Source: a virus | Lineage: Duplodnaviria; Caudoviricetes | IMG/VR virus record: IMGVR_UViG_2061766007_001346 | Location: 64,001-128,000 of that record | Direction: 5' to 3' (one strand) | Length of the DNA: 64,000 bases | Shown: positions 26,116 through 37,752 of the stretch, piece after piece | Layout of the letters: every line of letters begins with the position of its first letter | Numbering within the stretch: the stretch's first letter is position 1 | Notes under the pieces: model-generated | What the model was told of the DNA's origin: nothing | The model's database searches: none | Seen by the model: only the letters and a program-made list of their open reading frames with translations | Position numbers and translations under genes: made by a program

Positions 26116-28198
26116 TATTTTAGATATTTTGAATATATAGCCCCATTACCTCTGGCAACATTTGTGAATATCTCCCGTTCATCAACAGGAAGTCCTTGTT
26201 CTCTCATTGACATGGCAATTTTGTCGGCCATTAGTTGTGTATCCGTTTTTCCACTCATATATCTATCTATATTAGACATCTGGCTTTTCGCTCTTTTACT
26301 TGCTCCAGATACACCTTCTTTAACGATTTTTATCTTACTTCCGTCAGGCAGAGTTTTTATAATAAATCCAGGAGCGGCTGCTAGACCTAAGCCTTCTGTA
26401 GCATCTTTAGGAATCATCCCATCGATTACTTTGCCCATTGCGGAATTTTTAAACTGATTAAAGCCGCTCTTTATTCGAAAAAATCGTTACTTCATTTATT
26501 TTTATAAAAATCAATTAGTCCGCCAGACTGTTTCTTTTCAGCGCTTTTGGAACCAGATTTATTTTCTTTTTTATCTTTTGTTTCAGATTCTGCCATTTTT
26601 GCTACAGCATACGCGGCTCCACCTAAAGCTGCTGTAATGCCACCACCAATAAGTCAATCTTCTAGATTTGCATGAGGCATTGTGATATTATTGAAATCAA
26701 TTCCACTATAATCCGTTTCTATGAAATTTGGTTGATTATACTCCGGCATTTCAAATTCCGGCCATTTGGTCTTATTCATATAATCTCCAGCATTTCTTAT
26801 CACATCGTCACCTTCCGTCTTAATGAAATTTCCTAGTTCGTCGAAGTATCCAAGAACTTTTACTTCATCGTCGAGTTTAGAAGCGGCTTTTCCTAATGAA
26901 GATATTTTGCCAACTGGTGCGGCAGCTCCTAGCATTCCAGACTCAGAATTAGGGTTTGGTATAAAAGCACCCCAAACTTTACCAGGAGCAGAATCTTTAA
27001 ACTTATTCCATCCAGAACGAATTCTATTTAAATCATTAGACCACTTGTTAGTATAGTAATCAAGTATACTTCCATCCTGTGCTTTTTCTACTTTGCCACC
27101 GTTTTCTTTAGATTTAGCTTTATTTTTTGTTTTAGCTTCGAGATTTTGTAAATCAGCAAGGTCTTTTTCTGAGAGTTTTGTACTACCAGTCGTTCCTACA
27201 TTTCAAGCTTTAAACTTTCCGAATGGAATAAAACCGTCTACTTGATTTGGATTAAAGAACATTATATCTGGACCGTTTCGATATGAATAAGAACCGTCAC
27301 GAAGTCTACTCCACGATACATCATTTCCATTAATATCTTTAAAATTTAATGCTTTAAATAAAGGATTATATGTAACTTTACTGGAATCCATCGGCGTTGT
27401 AGAAACAGGCTTCTGGTATGGAGTAACTCTTCCGAAAACATCGACATTGCCCCCATCCTGTTTGGACGAAACCCGTTGAATATCTGGACGCATTCTTTGC
27501 ATAATTGCTTCGCGGTCATAACTATCCAGAGGAGTAAGATGTTCGGAAGGAAGTTTCTGCATGATAATCGTATCTTTTTTAGGAGTTACGTTTACCCAAG
27601 TATCAGCAGAAGTACCATTAATACTGGCTTGTTCAAGATAATATTCGTTTCCGTTCTGTGTCGCATGACCAAATTTTCTATTCATAGCAGCACCTACAGT
27701 CGGAGTTCTCTTAGAATTAAAATATGCTTTCATATAAGCTAAGAATGGAACATCAAACTTACCACTAGATACACTGCGTTTTCCTATAACGCCGTTGGAG
27801 TTCTGATGTTTTTCAATCTTGTCTCCATTTTCCATTCCAGCAAGTTTTTCTTTTGGGCTACATCCGCAATCGGCCTTTCCACCTTTTCCATGCTTACAAA
27901 TAAAGTCGCGGAATTTTCCGCCGTCTCGCATAGAAGTAGGTTGCGCAGAAGCCGTTTGCGTAAATAAATTAACAATTAACTGCACACCTTTCTTTTTATC
28001 GGTTTGCATTACTTGAACCGCATCATGAAGCTGTCGCGATTCTTCAGGATTGGATTTTATCTCTTCAAATCTAGCCCTTACGTCTTCTGGATTTTGTCCT
28101 AACTGCTGAGCAATCGCGTTGATGAAATCTTCCTCAGCTTGTTGTTCAGCCATTGTGGTTCCACCAGCAGCATACTTATTTAAAGGATTTTCAAACAT
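26115..28198 (-). CDS. Cargo-like modular protein with K-x-x-GG motifs; 575-aa form ends at TAA 26471, ~694-aa form requires a -1 frameshift at 26478-26483
   Basis: In-frame joins across TGA; an internal repeat continues in the -1 frame into track ORF 26115..26438. Confidence 0.7.
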
Positions 28199-28211
28199 AA
28201 TATTTTATATT

Positions 28212-28451
28212 TTATTCTTTTATTAACATCAAGTCTTTCGTGTTGAAAATTCCTTCTTGTATATCGCCGTTTTTATTAAACCACCGGCATTTCATGCCTT
28301 GGAAGATTGGTTCGATTTCGTTTGTGGCGGAATTCTTTATATTTCGACTTGACTTCTCTACTACCCACATAATGGGCTTATTATCAACATTATGCCGTAC
28401 GGTGACCAAATCTCCTGGGGAAAAGAAAACGTACGACTCGTTCAAACCATT
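28212..28451 (-). CDS. DUF2158/YodC-like small beta-barrel protein
   Basis: FSPGDLVTVR...PIMWV...CRWF...QEGIFNTKDL. Confidence 0.65.
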   Translation of the reverse strand, partial: NGLNESYVFFSPGDLVTVRHNVDNKPIMWVVEKSSRNIKNSATNEIEPIFQGMKCRWFNKNGDIQEGIFNTKDLMLIKE

Positions 28452-28881
28452 CATACTTTTTACATTTACTAATTCTACATATAATGAGCTGTTCACCTGT
28501 CATAACCCAACCTTTTTTTCTAAACGGAATAACCGTCTCAGAATAAGTTGTATAATAAACATCGTCTCCAACTCTAACATTTTTACATGCTGGACCGATA
28601 GCCAGAACCTTTCCACATTTAATTACTTGTTTATTCTGTTCAATCTCTCCAGTCTCATTTGATTTATAGGTTTTGCTACTTTCTATACCGACGATTAAGC
28701 CGGATTCAGTAGTTTCTATATGTCTATAAGGATTCGTCTTATAAGGTTGTATCAACACATTCGCATTAACGGGTGTCACATAAACCTCATCCATGCAGAT
28801 ATCCTCAGTATTTTTTTCTACAATAACATCAGCTGTATTCTTAACAAGCTGCTCGAAACCATTAGGTATATTCATTATCAT
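28390..28881 (-). CDS. GroES-like co-chaperonin
   Basis: PVNANVLIQP...TESGLIV...GKVLAIGP...VRVGDDVYY. Confidence 0.75.
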   Translation of the reverse strand: MIMNIPNGFEQLVKNTADVIVEKNTEDICMDEVYVTPVNANVLIQPYKTNPYRHIETTESGLIVGIESSKTYKSNETGEIEQNKQVIKCGKVLAIGPACKNVRVGDDVYYTTYSETVIPFRKKGWVMTGEQLIICRISKCKKYEWFERVVRFLFPRRFGHRTA

Positions 28882-29087
28882 TTTTCATTTAAACATTTTT
28901 CTTTAGGAGAACGCGTTTTTGCACGGAGAAAACATCCGCATTCGGAACATATCCATTCGTTCTTCCCGATCTTTATCTTACTATCGCATTTCATGCAAAT
29001 CTCGTATCTTCTTTTTGCTTCAGGAGTTTCCTTTTGCATGATTACATTTCATCATCCAATAATAACTCGGCCGATTCAGTTTATCAT
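28875..29087 (-). CDS. Small Cys-rich Zn-finger protein (TGA=Trp)
   Basis: MIN*IGRVIIG**NV...CMKC...CSECGCFLRAKTR...C..EK* then TAA. Confidence 0.75.
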
Positions 29088-29299
29088 TTTCCGCATACAC
29101 AATGATTTTTGGGATTACGAGCTTTACGACTTAATATACATCCACAGCCTTTTTTTCATCCGGGATGTACAAAAAACGAACCTTTCGTACCATCAGGACT
29201 GATTCATTTTCTATCGTCACATTTCATTCCATCTTCGGTCATCCTCATTATTGGGCACATTCTGCATATAGCCAAACGAGCCTCTATAAATTCTTCCAT
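29081..29299 (-). CDS. Small Cys-rich Zn-finger protein (TGA=Trp)
   Basis: RLAICRMCP...GCGCILSRKAR...HCVCGK* then TAA; resembles the adjacent gene. Confidence 0.75.
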
Positions 29300-29300
29300 A

Positions 29301-30257
29301 TTATATAATATAAGGCGTATTCCTATCTAATAACTTCTTGTTTCTCTGTTTCTTTGCAAAGTCCTTGATAAGTCTATCCACGTCTTCCTTTAAATAAGGG
29401 ACTTCGTATAAGGATTGGTTGCCATCATGATCTATATGAATAATCTGCAATTGTTTAATCTTATATTTCGGATTTCTCTGCTGCAGCATTCTTGCATATA
29501 GACTTAACTGTAATTGATAGTGAACAAGGGTAGAATCCATGAGATTGTTTATGGGAGCTTTCATCATTTGATACTTCTTTCTTTTTTTATCGAAATAAGA
29601 AGTTTTCTTTATTTCTTTATTCGATTTATAGTCGCCAATATAAACATCATTTCCATCTACTATTAATAGGTCCGCTTGTCCTACCAGAGTTAAATCTTCG
29701 AATGTAGCTGATATCAGAAATTCAGGATAGACACCTTTATCTAAATCAAGAATGTTGTGATTCTGGATGCATGTGAACGAACCCTTCAATCCTTTGAAAC
29801 CATATGGTTCAAAATCGAAGGTATGTGAGCCATACATCTGCAATTCTTTTTCCAAATGTATGGCTGTACCTCTTTCACATGCCGTATCTCGTTTTTCTTT
29901 ATATTCTAATTTTATTTCGTTTTGTTTTAGAAGAAACGCTTCGCGATTAATATTATAGTTTTCAACAATATAATCTAATGTTTTACTGGAAAATTGCTTT
30001 GTAGCAAGTAACTTTGGTTTCAAGAACGATCATCTATCGCAATCGACCATTTCTTCAAGAGCTTTATACGCACTCCAGAAATTTTCATCAAATGGCTGCG
30101 AATATTGCGAAATTAACTGCGTGACCGATGTGTACTTTTCACCAGTTTGTTTATTAAAATAGAGATGCTTTTCGTCATTGAATGCACATAATTCATCTTC
30201 CTTGTCAACTCGAATTCCATTAATATATTTTTCTTCTATATTTTGAGCTTTAGGCAT
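29301..30257 (-). CDS. PD-(D/E)xK exonuclease, 318 aa (TGA=Trp)
   Basis: YTSVTQLI, RGTAIH, PE..I, GQADLL, IGDYKS, HYQLQLSLY. Confidence 0.85.
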
Positions 30258-30288
30258 ATAACATAATCATTAACATAACATAATCTAT

Positions 30289-30705
30289 TTATTCTTCGCT
30301 GACGTCCAGTTTTTCTGTGATTACTTCTTCCGGGCTAAGTTCCGTATAACCAAGTGGGGGTTTGCGCCGATCGCAGACGAGTCTTGTACACTTTAAGAGT
30401 GTTGCTTTCGCTAAATTTGTGTTTGCCTCATCTAATTTGTTCCTTAGTTCAGCATTTTTGTCACTCAATTCGATTATACGTCCGTCCTTGTTGGCAAGAG
30501 CCTCGTCTTTCTTTTCGTTCTGGGCCTGGAGTCTTTCGACTTGATCTTGCAATTGATCGACCAAGTGCTCCCATCTACTATCCTCTTTTTGCTTATTATC
30601 CAGCTTCATGCCGCGTTTGGTTTCTCTTATAGTGAACAGATGAATAATCTCGCTCACACTGAACGTTCCAATAACGGCAAGAACAACAGTTCCTCATTCA
30701 ATCAT
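30289..30705 (-). CDS. Putative holin-like/lysis membrane protein (N-terminal TM plus coiled coil), TGA at codon 4
   Basis: MIE*GTVVLAVIGTFSVSEIIHLF; coiled coil; C-terminal C..LVC..R.PP; divergent from the endolysin operon. Confidence 0.55.
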
Positions 30706-30773
30706 CTATATATCAAAAGTTTAAAGTTAAACATTCATTTTCTTATAAACACATTTATCCGATATTATCGGCG

Positions 30774-30822
30774 CAAATATAGCAAAAAAATTTTGTAATT
30801 CAAAATTATTTTAGTATTTTTG
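30774..30822. promoter_or_regulatory. Overlapping divergent Bacteroidota-type promoters
   Basis: Minus strand TTTG-N19-TATATTTG (30804->30774); plus strand TTTG(30792)-N19-TATTTTTG(30815). Confidence 0.7.
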
Positions 30823-30845
30823 CACAAATATTTAAGTACAATGCT

Positions 30846-31220
30846 ATGAAACCGCTAAAAGTTATATTTTCAAAATATATCCCATTTAAAGGTTATTATG
30901 CAATAACCTTATTTGACTACATGGTTATCAGGAAGGAGTTTGAGAATTATCCGATTAAAGCAAATGTGTATAATCACGAAAGCATCCATCAAGCGCAAAG
31001 TAGAGACTTCGGATTGGGATTCTTCGGATATTTCTTATTTTATCCATTGTATGTGCTGGAATGAATTTTCAAATTACCGTGAGCGTTACTGGGATACAAG
31101 CCCTATAAAAGTATAAGTTTCGAACAGGAGAGTTATCTCAATGAAGAAAATCCGACTTATTTAGATGAAAGAAAGAGATTTACATGATTAAAATATTTAT
31201 TTAAAGGAGTTAAAAAATAA
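30846..31220 (+). CDS. Membrane-associated HExxH (zincin-like) protein, 124 aa (TGA=Trp)
   Basis: NHESIH...YVLE*...ISFEQESY...YL..RKRFT*LKY; 3 TGA. Confidence 0.8.
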
Positions 31221-31639
31221 TGGCAAAATATTTTACACTTAGAGAAATGTACGCGTCCGATACCGCAAAGAAATTAGGTATTACAAATGTTCCGCCATCA
31301 AGTGCTGTAACGCATCTAAATGAGTTGATGGACTTCTTAGATGGATTACGTGCTGCATGAGGAAGCCCTATCATCGTAACTAGTGGTTATCGGTGTGCTA
31401 AACTAAATCGTGCTGTTGGTGGCTCTACTACTTCTGCACACTTAGTTGGATATGCTGCAGACCTAGTTCCTCAGAATGGAAAAATGGAGGAATTTAAGAC
31501 ATTCTGTCAGAAATGAATCAAAGATAAGCAATGGGATCAACTATTGTTAGAGAAATCTAAGACTTCGCAGTGGGTGCACATCGGATTAAAGAATAGATAT
31601 GGTGCTCAAAGAAAAGAAGTCAAAATGCTCACTGTATAA
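31220..31639 (+). CDS. Endolysin, peptidase M15 family, 139 aa (2 TGA=Trp); absent from ORF track
   Basis: KYFTLRE...LRAA*GSPIIVTSGYRC..LNRAVGG...SAH..GYAAD...DQL...WVHIG. Confidence 0.9.
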
Positions 31640-31929
31640 TGGAAGTATTTGATGACATGGTATGCGTTGTAACCTCCAATAAAATAAAGATAAAGGATAG
31701 TTACAAAATAAAATCTCGTGCCGATATGGCAGAGATTTTATACGCAATCCAACACAAGCATCCAGAATGTGAAGCATTCAAAAGAAGTTACACTAGTTTG
31801 ATTGCGGAATGAAGAACGCACAATAGATTGTATAGATTGGGATATAAACAACATCGTACTCGCGACGTTGATTTAGACTATCCGTTAAAATGATATTTTG
31901 AATTTGCTTATAGAATATTAGGTATATAA
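31639..31929 (+). CDS. Conserved phage hypothetical protein, 96 aa (TGA=Trp)
   Basis: E*RTHNRLYRLG...RTRDVDLD; coupled by TAATG overlap. Confidence 0.7.
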
Positions 31930-31930
31930 T

Positions 31931-32470
31931 ATGAAACATTTAAAAACTTTCGATTCAGAGGCAGAACAAAGTAGTTTTAGAGTCAGTTCGAATTATGTGG
32001 AACCGCACGTCAGTTGTATTTCCGATGCTACAGGTATTAAATATAATCGTAATAAATATAAGTTAGAAAACTTCTGGGGTACAAATGGTAACACAGGCGT
32101 TCTTCCCGATAAAATACTTGTTATGGATGCAAACCACTATGTTTGAGATATGAATAGCTATATTGATCCCGCAGAAGATATTCCAGATTATGTTACACAA
32201 GCTGCATATTATTCGTCCGTATACCAAACTGGAGTGGATGACTGATGGAATCTCGTAGACATTAGTACATTCGATGAAAATATGGAACCAGAAAAATACA
32301 TTTTCTTTGCGTGAAAGATAAATGATCCACCTCAGGATCTTAGTGAAAATCATGTCGTTTGAAGAACACCAGTCGAGGAATATTATAATTGAAGCAATCG
32401 TAGCAACGGCAGTTATATTATAAAAGATAATGATGATTTTTACGTATTTTTCTTCTACGTAGGTGATTAA
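31931..32470 (+). CDS. Hypothetical protein, 179 aa (5 TGA=Trp)
   Basis: MKHLKTFDSE...YVEPHVS N-terminus; open to TAA just before a terminator. Confidence 0.7.
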
Positions 32471-32475
32471 AATAG

Positions 32476-32502
32476 AAAACCCCGGCCAAATGGTCGGGGT
32501 TT
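32476..32502. terminator. Bidirectional terminator
   Basis: aaaccccggcca-aa-tggtcggggttt between convergent genes. Confidence 0.75.
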
Positions 32503-32509
32503 ATTGTTT

Positions 32510-33757
32510 TTATGCAGATTGTACCGTTCATCCTGAAGGTACAATGAATTCATTTGTCGGATCTCATACCGCTTCTGGATTTCTTATCAATACTCCGTTC
32601 GCAGCAGTACCTGTAAGTCAACCATACATAAATGAACTCGGATGTGGATCTACAGAAATAAACATAGCTTTCACACGATTTATCTTAGAACATCCTTTGA
32701 ACATTTGATAATAACAGCTATATGCACCGGTTAAAGCTGTAGCAGGTAGTTCCGGAGACATAACGAGATTCGTACATCCTTCGAACATACTGAGATAACA
32801 GCTTGATATAACGGTCGGAGCAAATTTAACGTTTACATCTTCTAAATTAGAACATCCGTAGAACATTTTATTGCAACAGGTATCTCCTGGAATTTCAATA
32901 GTAAACTTAGGTCCGTGGACAAGATTTGTACACCCTTGAAACATATTGATATAACAATACTTCGATAATGTCGTAGCTGGCAGTTCAAAAGAAGCATCCA
33001 CTAGATTAGGGCACTGATAAAACATGCTATTATAACAACTTTGTGGTAGTACCGTGGCCGGAAGAACCAGATTACTTACATCTACAACACTCTCGCTATT
33101 ATAAAACATGCTGTTGAAAGCGCCTGCTCCAAGTTCTGAACCATCTGCATTTTCGAAATCTTCTCCAGCAATAAGTGACATGATGTTACCTTTAAGATTA
33201 AATCGAATTCCGGTACGACGCTCATCATGTAAAAACGTAAATCCGTTACCCTGCGCATAACTACTGCCAGTTCCTCTGAACTGTACGACGTCTCCATCTT
33301 CAACGACAAAAGTACTATAGTCGAATTCCGATGTCCACTCACCACCGTTTATTGAATATTCCACAGGATTTCCTTTTGTTATACATCATACACGTCCACC
33401 TACAATAAATTCTGCAGTAAATGGCATTTTTGCATAAGGATTCTCTTCTTCCTCTTCTCCATCTACATCTTTAAGTGTCCAATATTTTTTCCATGAGTCA
33501 CCAAACCATTTGTATATACCGTCTTTTCTGTTCCATAAATAATTTCTTGGTGGTACAGAGTTAAGATCTCCCCACAATATCTGTTTTGGATCTGCGGATT
33601 CACCTAAAGATTCTTCGATACCTTCTACTTTTTCAGAAACTTTCGTTTTCTTTCAGCCATTGGTATAGGTATATATACCGTCTTCTTTCAGCCACAGATA
33701 GTTTTTCGGAGGTATGCTATTTAAGTCAATTCATAATATTTGTTTAGGATTATTCAT
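32510..33757 (-). CDS. BspA/DUF285-like leucine-rich-repeat adhesin, 415 aa (TGA=Trp)
   Basis: LPATxLxxxCYxxMFxGC repeats; ends IVPSG*TV; two N-terminal PKQILW modules. Confidence 0.85.
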
Positions 33758-33775
33758 AATATAATTAAAGTCTTA

Positions 33776-34822
33776 TTACATAGATTTTATCGGGGTGGGG
33801 TCGTCTGCAGCACTTATGGTTCATGGCCAAACAACCGAAGAAGTATGTTTACATGGTCTAACAGTACATGCGCCATTTGTATATCCTAAATTTATACCAA
33901 TCTCAGGTTCACCTTGTTCAACTCTAAGCTGTACATAATATACATATTGTCCATCTTCTGTAGCCGTATGAAGTCTTGTACCATTGCTTCTAAATTCGTC
34001 GCCAGTTGCTCCAGTTGGTTCATAATATCCTAATAATGGTATGAAGATGGAATTTGAATTAACTTTGGATGTAAATAATATACCCTCCACGTTGTCTATT
34101 GTTTCAACGGTTTGTATCGTTCCACTAATCAGTTCTTCGAAATCATTCTTTTGTGGAGCCCCAAACATCTCCGCGTATAGCACATCTGGATTTGGCCATA
34201 ATGCATTTGCTCCAGTTGTAGAATACTCGTTTATAGGGTTGCATATACCAAAATAGAAAAATGGGCCACTGGCTGTAGAAACCTTCGCACCAACATTCAT
34301 ATCTGCCCATAAATTACCTGATGGTAGTCCCAAGTCAACTCAACCAACAGAAGTGTCGTACGGACCTATCATTTGTGAGAGCAGAATTAATTCTTTATTC
34401 TTAAGATATATAATATATGGTGTGTTTGTATCTGCATCGTAAGCTCAGGTCATATATTCAGCGGTGTCTTTATCTCCTAAAGTAACAACATTTTCTTCCC
34501 CCGGTTCGTAACTAGTTTGGTCAACCGGATAAACATCGTCCGAAGTAAATGTATGATTGAAAGAGTTTTCTATAAGTCTCTTGGCTTCCATTAGGAAATC
34601 GTAATCGATACCTACTTCCTTACCTTCCGCGCCTTCATTGTCGTTATTTCCTTCGCCACTATTTTCTTCGTTATTAGTATTACCTGATACAGCTCCAGAT
34701 TCAACTCAGGCCTTTTCTATATAACTATACTCATACATCTTACCATCCGATTTTACCCAGATGTAATTTTTCGGTGGTTCGTTATTATCTTCCCAGATGA
34801 TTGTTTTCTTTTTAAATTCCAT
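33776..34822 (-). CDS. Protein with Bacteroidota DLGLPSG.LWA..N.GA domain (DUF1566-like), 348 aa (TGA=Trp)
   Basis: *VDLGLPSGNLWADMNVGA...NSIFIPLLGY...VRPC; N-terminal IIWEDNNEPPKNYIW module. Confidence 0.75.
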
Positions 34823-34834
34823 ATATAGTTCTTA

Positions 34835-36106
34835 TTAAATCGTTTTGCCGTCTGGGCCAATGTGCAAATGAGCACCCGTAGCTCCAGTTCGTCTTTGCAT
34901 CTCTTTACTTCTTTCATCGAGTATGCCTCATCTATGTTCCCTCAGATAAGCACATACTCTTGGACTACCATATATCTTGGAAAGCAGTTCATCCCATGAC
35001 TGTCCTGCCAATGGCGTGATATCCATTGCATTACCGTGCGCATGGTGAGAAACCTTACCGGTACTTGTTCTCGCACCAGGTCTAGACACAGAAGTGATTC
35101 TGAACGAAATTCCTTCTTCGGCCATAAGATCGATAAGTTCCTTCATATTACCTAAGTCCATGTTTTGCTGTTTAAGTTCAACAGCGCCTCTATCTTTTTG
35201 TTCAGGAACTGTATAATGTCAATTTCTACTAAAATCGTCAACATCCCACGCTGATACGGATTCGACAGGAAAAGAATCCATCTTTTCAAATACCAACGGT
35301 GGAGTTTCATCGGGAAGTTCCGTTGATGGTGATGTACTTGCATCAAACATGTTATAAACTAAACTTCCTCCATTTGCATAAAATCCTTTATATACTAAGA
35401 ATTTCGAAACATGATTTTCTGGATAAGAATAATGTAACATTTCTTCTAAATTTTTAGGGTCTTGCTGTCATTTCACTTCTTCTCCCCAACTTGGATGATA
35501 TACACTCTTAAGCCCATGCCAGTCTCCTTTTTCGTCCGTATATCCACTCGGCAGATGATTTTTTTCAGGATCTTGTCTTCAAGCATCGATCAATTCCGGA
35601 GGAAGTTCCCTTATAGCAGCTTTCGTATCATATTCCGGATCTTCTGGGATTGGAACCATTCCCAACTTGGCATATTCCAAACGCTTCTGAATTTCAGAGT
35701 CCACGTTCGCCGGACGTGCGAACCTACGAGTAAAGATTTCTACAGCTCTTTCTAAGGAATCAGCCTGTTTGAAAGCGTCTGAATTCGCAACTTGGTCCCG
35801 CCAAGTACGACCGCTCCAGCCCTTCTTTTCCAGTTCGTTCAATAATACCGCTGTTTGTCTTTTGAGTTCGGCGTTTCTATCATTGCTTCCAATCCTATAT
35901 CTATCCGAATCTCATTGAATTAGGCCGTGCCATAATCCGTTTGAACTGATAGCGAGTGGATTTCCACTAGATTCACGTTGTATGTTTCCTAAGATCGCGG
36001 CCCTTTGATATACACCATATCCAGCTTTTTGTAATTCCGAATTTATGTATTCGAATACCTTGGTAGCTTTAGGATTTATTTTTGTGTAATCAAGTTCGTC
36101 TCACAT
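34835..36106 (-). CDS. Dual peptidoglycan hydrolase: phage tail lysozyme plus M15 peptidase, 423 aa (TGA=Trp; begins ATG TGA)
   Basis: AAILGNIQRESS...GLIQ*...F...FARP; C-terminal ITS..RPG...SHH..GNAMD...HLHIG; track fragments share one frame. Confidence 0.8.
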
Positions 36107-36107
36107 T

Positions 36108-37364
36108 TTACTTATTTCTAATTAATTCGTATACTCAATTGGGGATAATGACTCCACCATTCTCATGTTTCCATTTTCTTGCATTGGCGGCAAAAGTTGC
36201 TCTCTTGCGTATTGCTGGATTGGAAGAATTCTTACCACGAGCAATGCATTCGGAAGTGACTTTTCCACCACAATAATCTGTAAATTTACCACGGTTCTCC
36301 TTCTTGATGTGAATTCCGGATTTAGCAGACAGAACACCACCCGCCTTCTTAATCAGACTTGCCGCATTTTCCAATCCTTCGCTCAACATTTGGATATTGG
36401 CGGAACCGGCGGTCCATTTGCCTAACTGGGAACCTTTAGAAGCCTCCCAGTAATTATTTGCAGCTTTCAACGGCTTTTCTAACTGTAGTACGGTAGAGTG
36501 CGGACCAAACTGTTTATCTGCAGCTTCCATTCAGTCGACAAGGGGTTCTCCCATAAACATCTTCTGCTCACCACCTTGATACACAGTCTTGGAAATATGT
36601 GTTTGAGGATCCACTATCGTTACAGGTACACCTCTTGTATATCCTGTTCTATATGGAACCATTCCGGGACCCAAAGCGGGCGGTGCGGATGCGGCAGGAT
36701 TTGTTTCTATGGCTTTCATCATAGCCTTTCTATGTCTGGCTGTAGTATTAATTCCCCGTTCATTAGCCAATCTTTGCAGGTATCTGGCCAAATAGATCTG
36801 GTTGGTTTTTACATCCGCTGCTTTCTGTGCTTGCTGTTTGGCCGATAAACTAACTGGTTCTCCGCTTTTTATATAATACGGTTTAAATTCTGTATGCTCT
36901 GGAACCACAACATCTTGTGTGAAAGTCTTAACCGCTGTTGGTGGTTCTTCAGTCGTCGCTTTAACTCTGGGTCTTTTTCCCTGCCTTACATTTTTGGAAG
37001 CGTCGACAGGTTTATTGATGCCTTCCGCAAATTCCATTCGCTTTTTTAAATCCCCTAATTCTCCAAAGGTTTTAATTTTCTTAAATCCGGGAGCAAATGC
37101 TTCTAACGCACTTTCTCCATTTTGCAGACCGGAAACCACATTCTTATATACATAGGGAGCCATCGCCTTGGTTAGTATACCGCCGGGCTGTGCGGCACCA
37201 AAAGCCAGATAATAGCCAGGATGTTCATCTACTAAGGGGTCACCTTGTGGCTTCCCTGCATATGCTTGTGCCGCTTTATTTTGGTCCAAAATTTCTCTAG
37301 CTACTTCATTACCGATTTGTTCTTGTGATTTCTCTCCAAGAAGACGTTTTAATCATTCCGGCAT
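36108..37364 (-). CDS. Cargo-like protein with C-terminal basic IHIKKENRGKF...FAANARKWKH domain, 418 aa (TGA=Trp)
   Basis: MPE*LKRLL start; fragments join in frame; basic domain recognised from crAss-like phages. Confidence 0.75.
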
Positions 37365-37365
37365 A

Positions 37366-37569
37366 TTACTTTACAATTTTTAGTTTAACATTTCCATTTT
37401 CTAAACGCACGTATTTACCACCCTCGTTCTGAAGTTTTAATCAACGATTCTTGGGAGAGTCTTCTTCCGGCGCAACATCTAATATTTCTATAGTTTTGGG
37501 CCACTTGATAGCCATGATGCTGATTATCAGGCACAAAACGACAATAATTCCAATTAAAAAATATTTCAT
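37366..37569 (-). CDS. Small N-terminal TM protein, 67 aa (TGA=Trp)
   Basis: MKYFLIGIIVVLCLIISIMAIKW...NR*LKLQNEGGK. Confidence 0.6.
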
Positions 37570-37603
37570 GTTATTAGTTTTAAATTTAAATTTTATATCG
37601 CCG

Positions 37604-37651
37604 CGAATATACAAAAAAATTTTGAGATATGCAAAATATTTTCTATATTTG
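37604..37651. promoter_or_regulatory. Overlapping divergent Bacteroidota-type promoters
   Basis: Plus strand TTTG(37621)-N19-TATATTTG(37644); minus strand TTTG-N20-TATATTCG. Confidence 0.65.
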
Positions 37652-37752
37652 CAAGAAATTATGTGGATATCATAACGACATAAACTAAGAAAGAAGAGTT
37701 CCAGAGGATTATAATAAGCGTCTGGATTAAATTAATTAAATAATGTTAAATA

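Noticed and set aside
33776-34333. Diversity-generating retroelement target
   Set aside because: No reverse transcriptase or adenine-variant template repeat seen in the window
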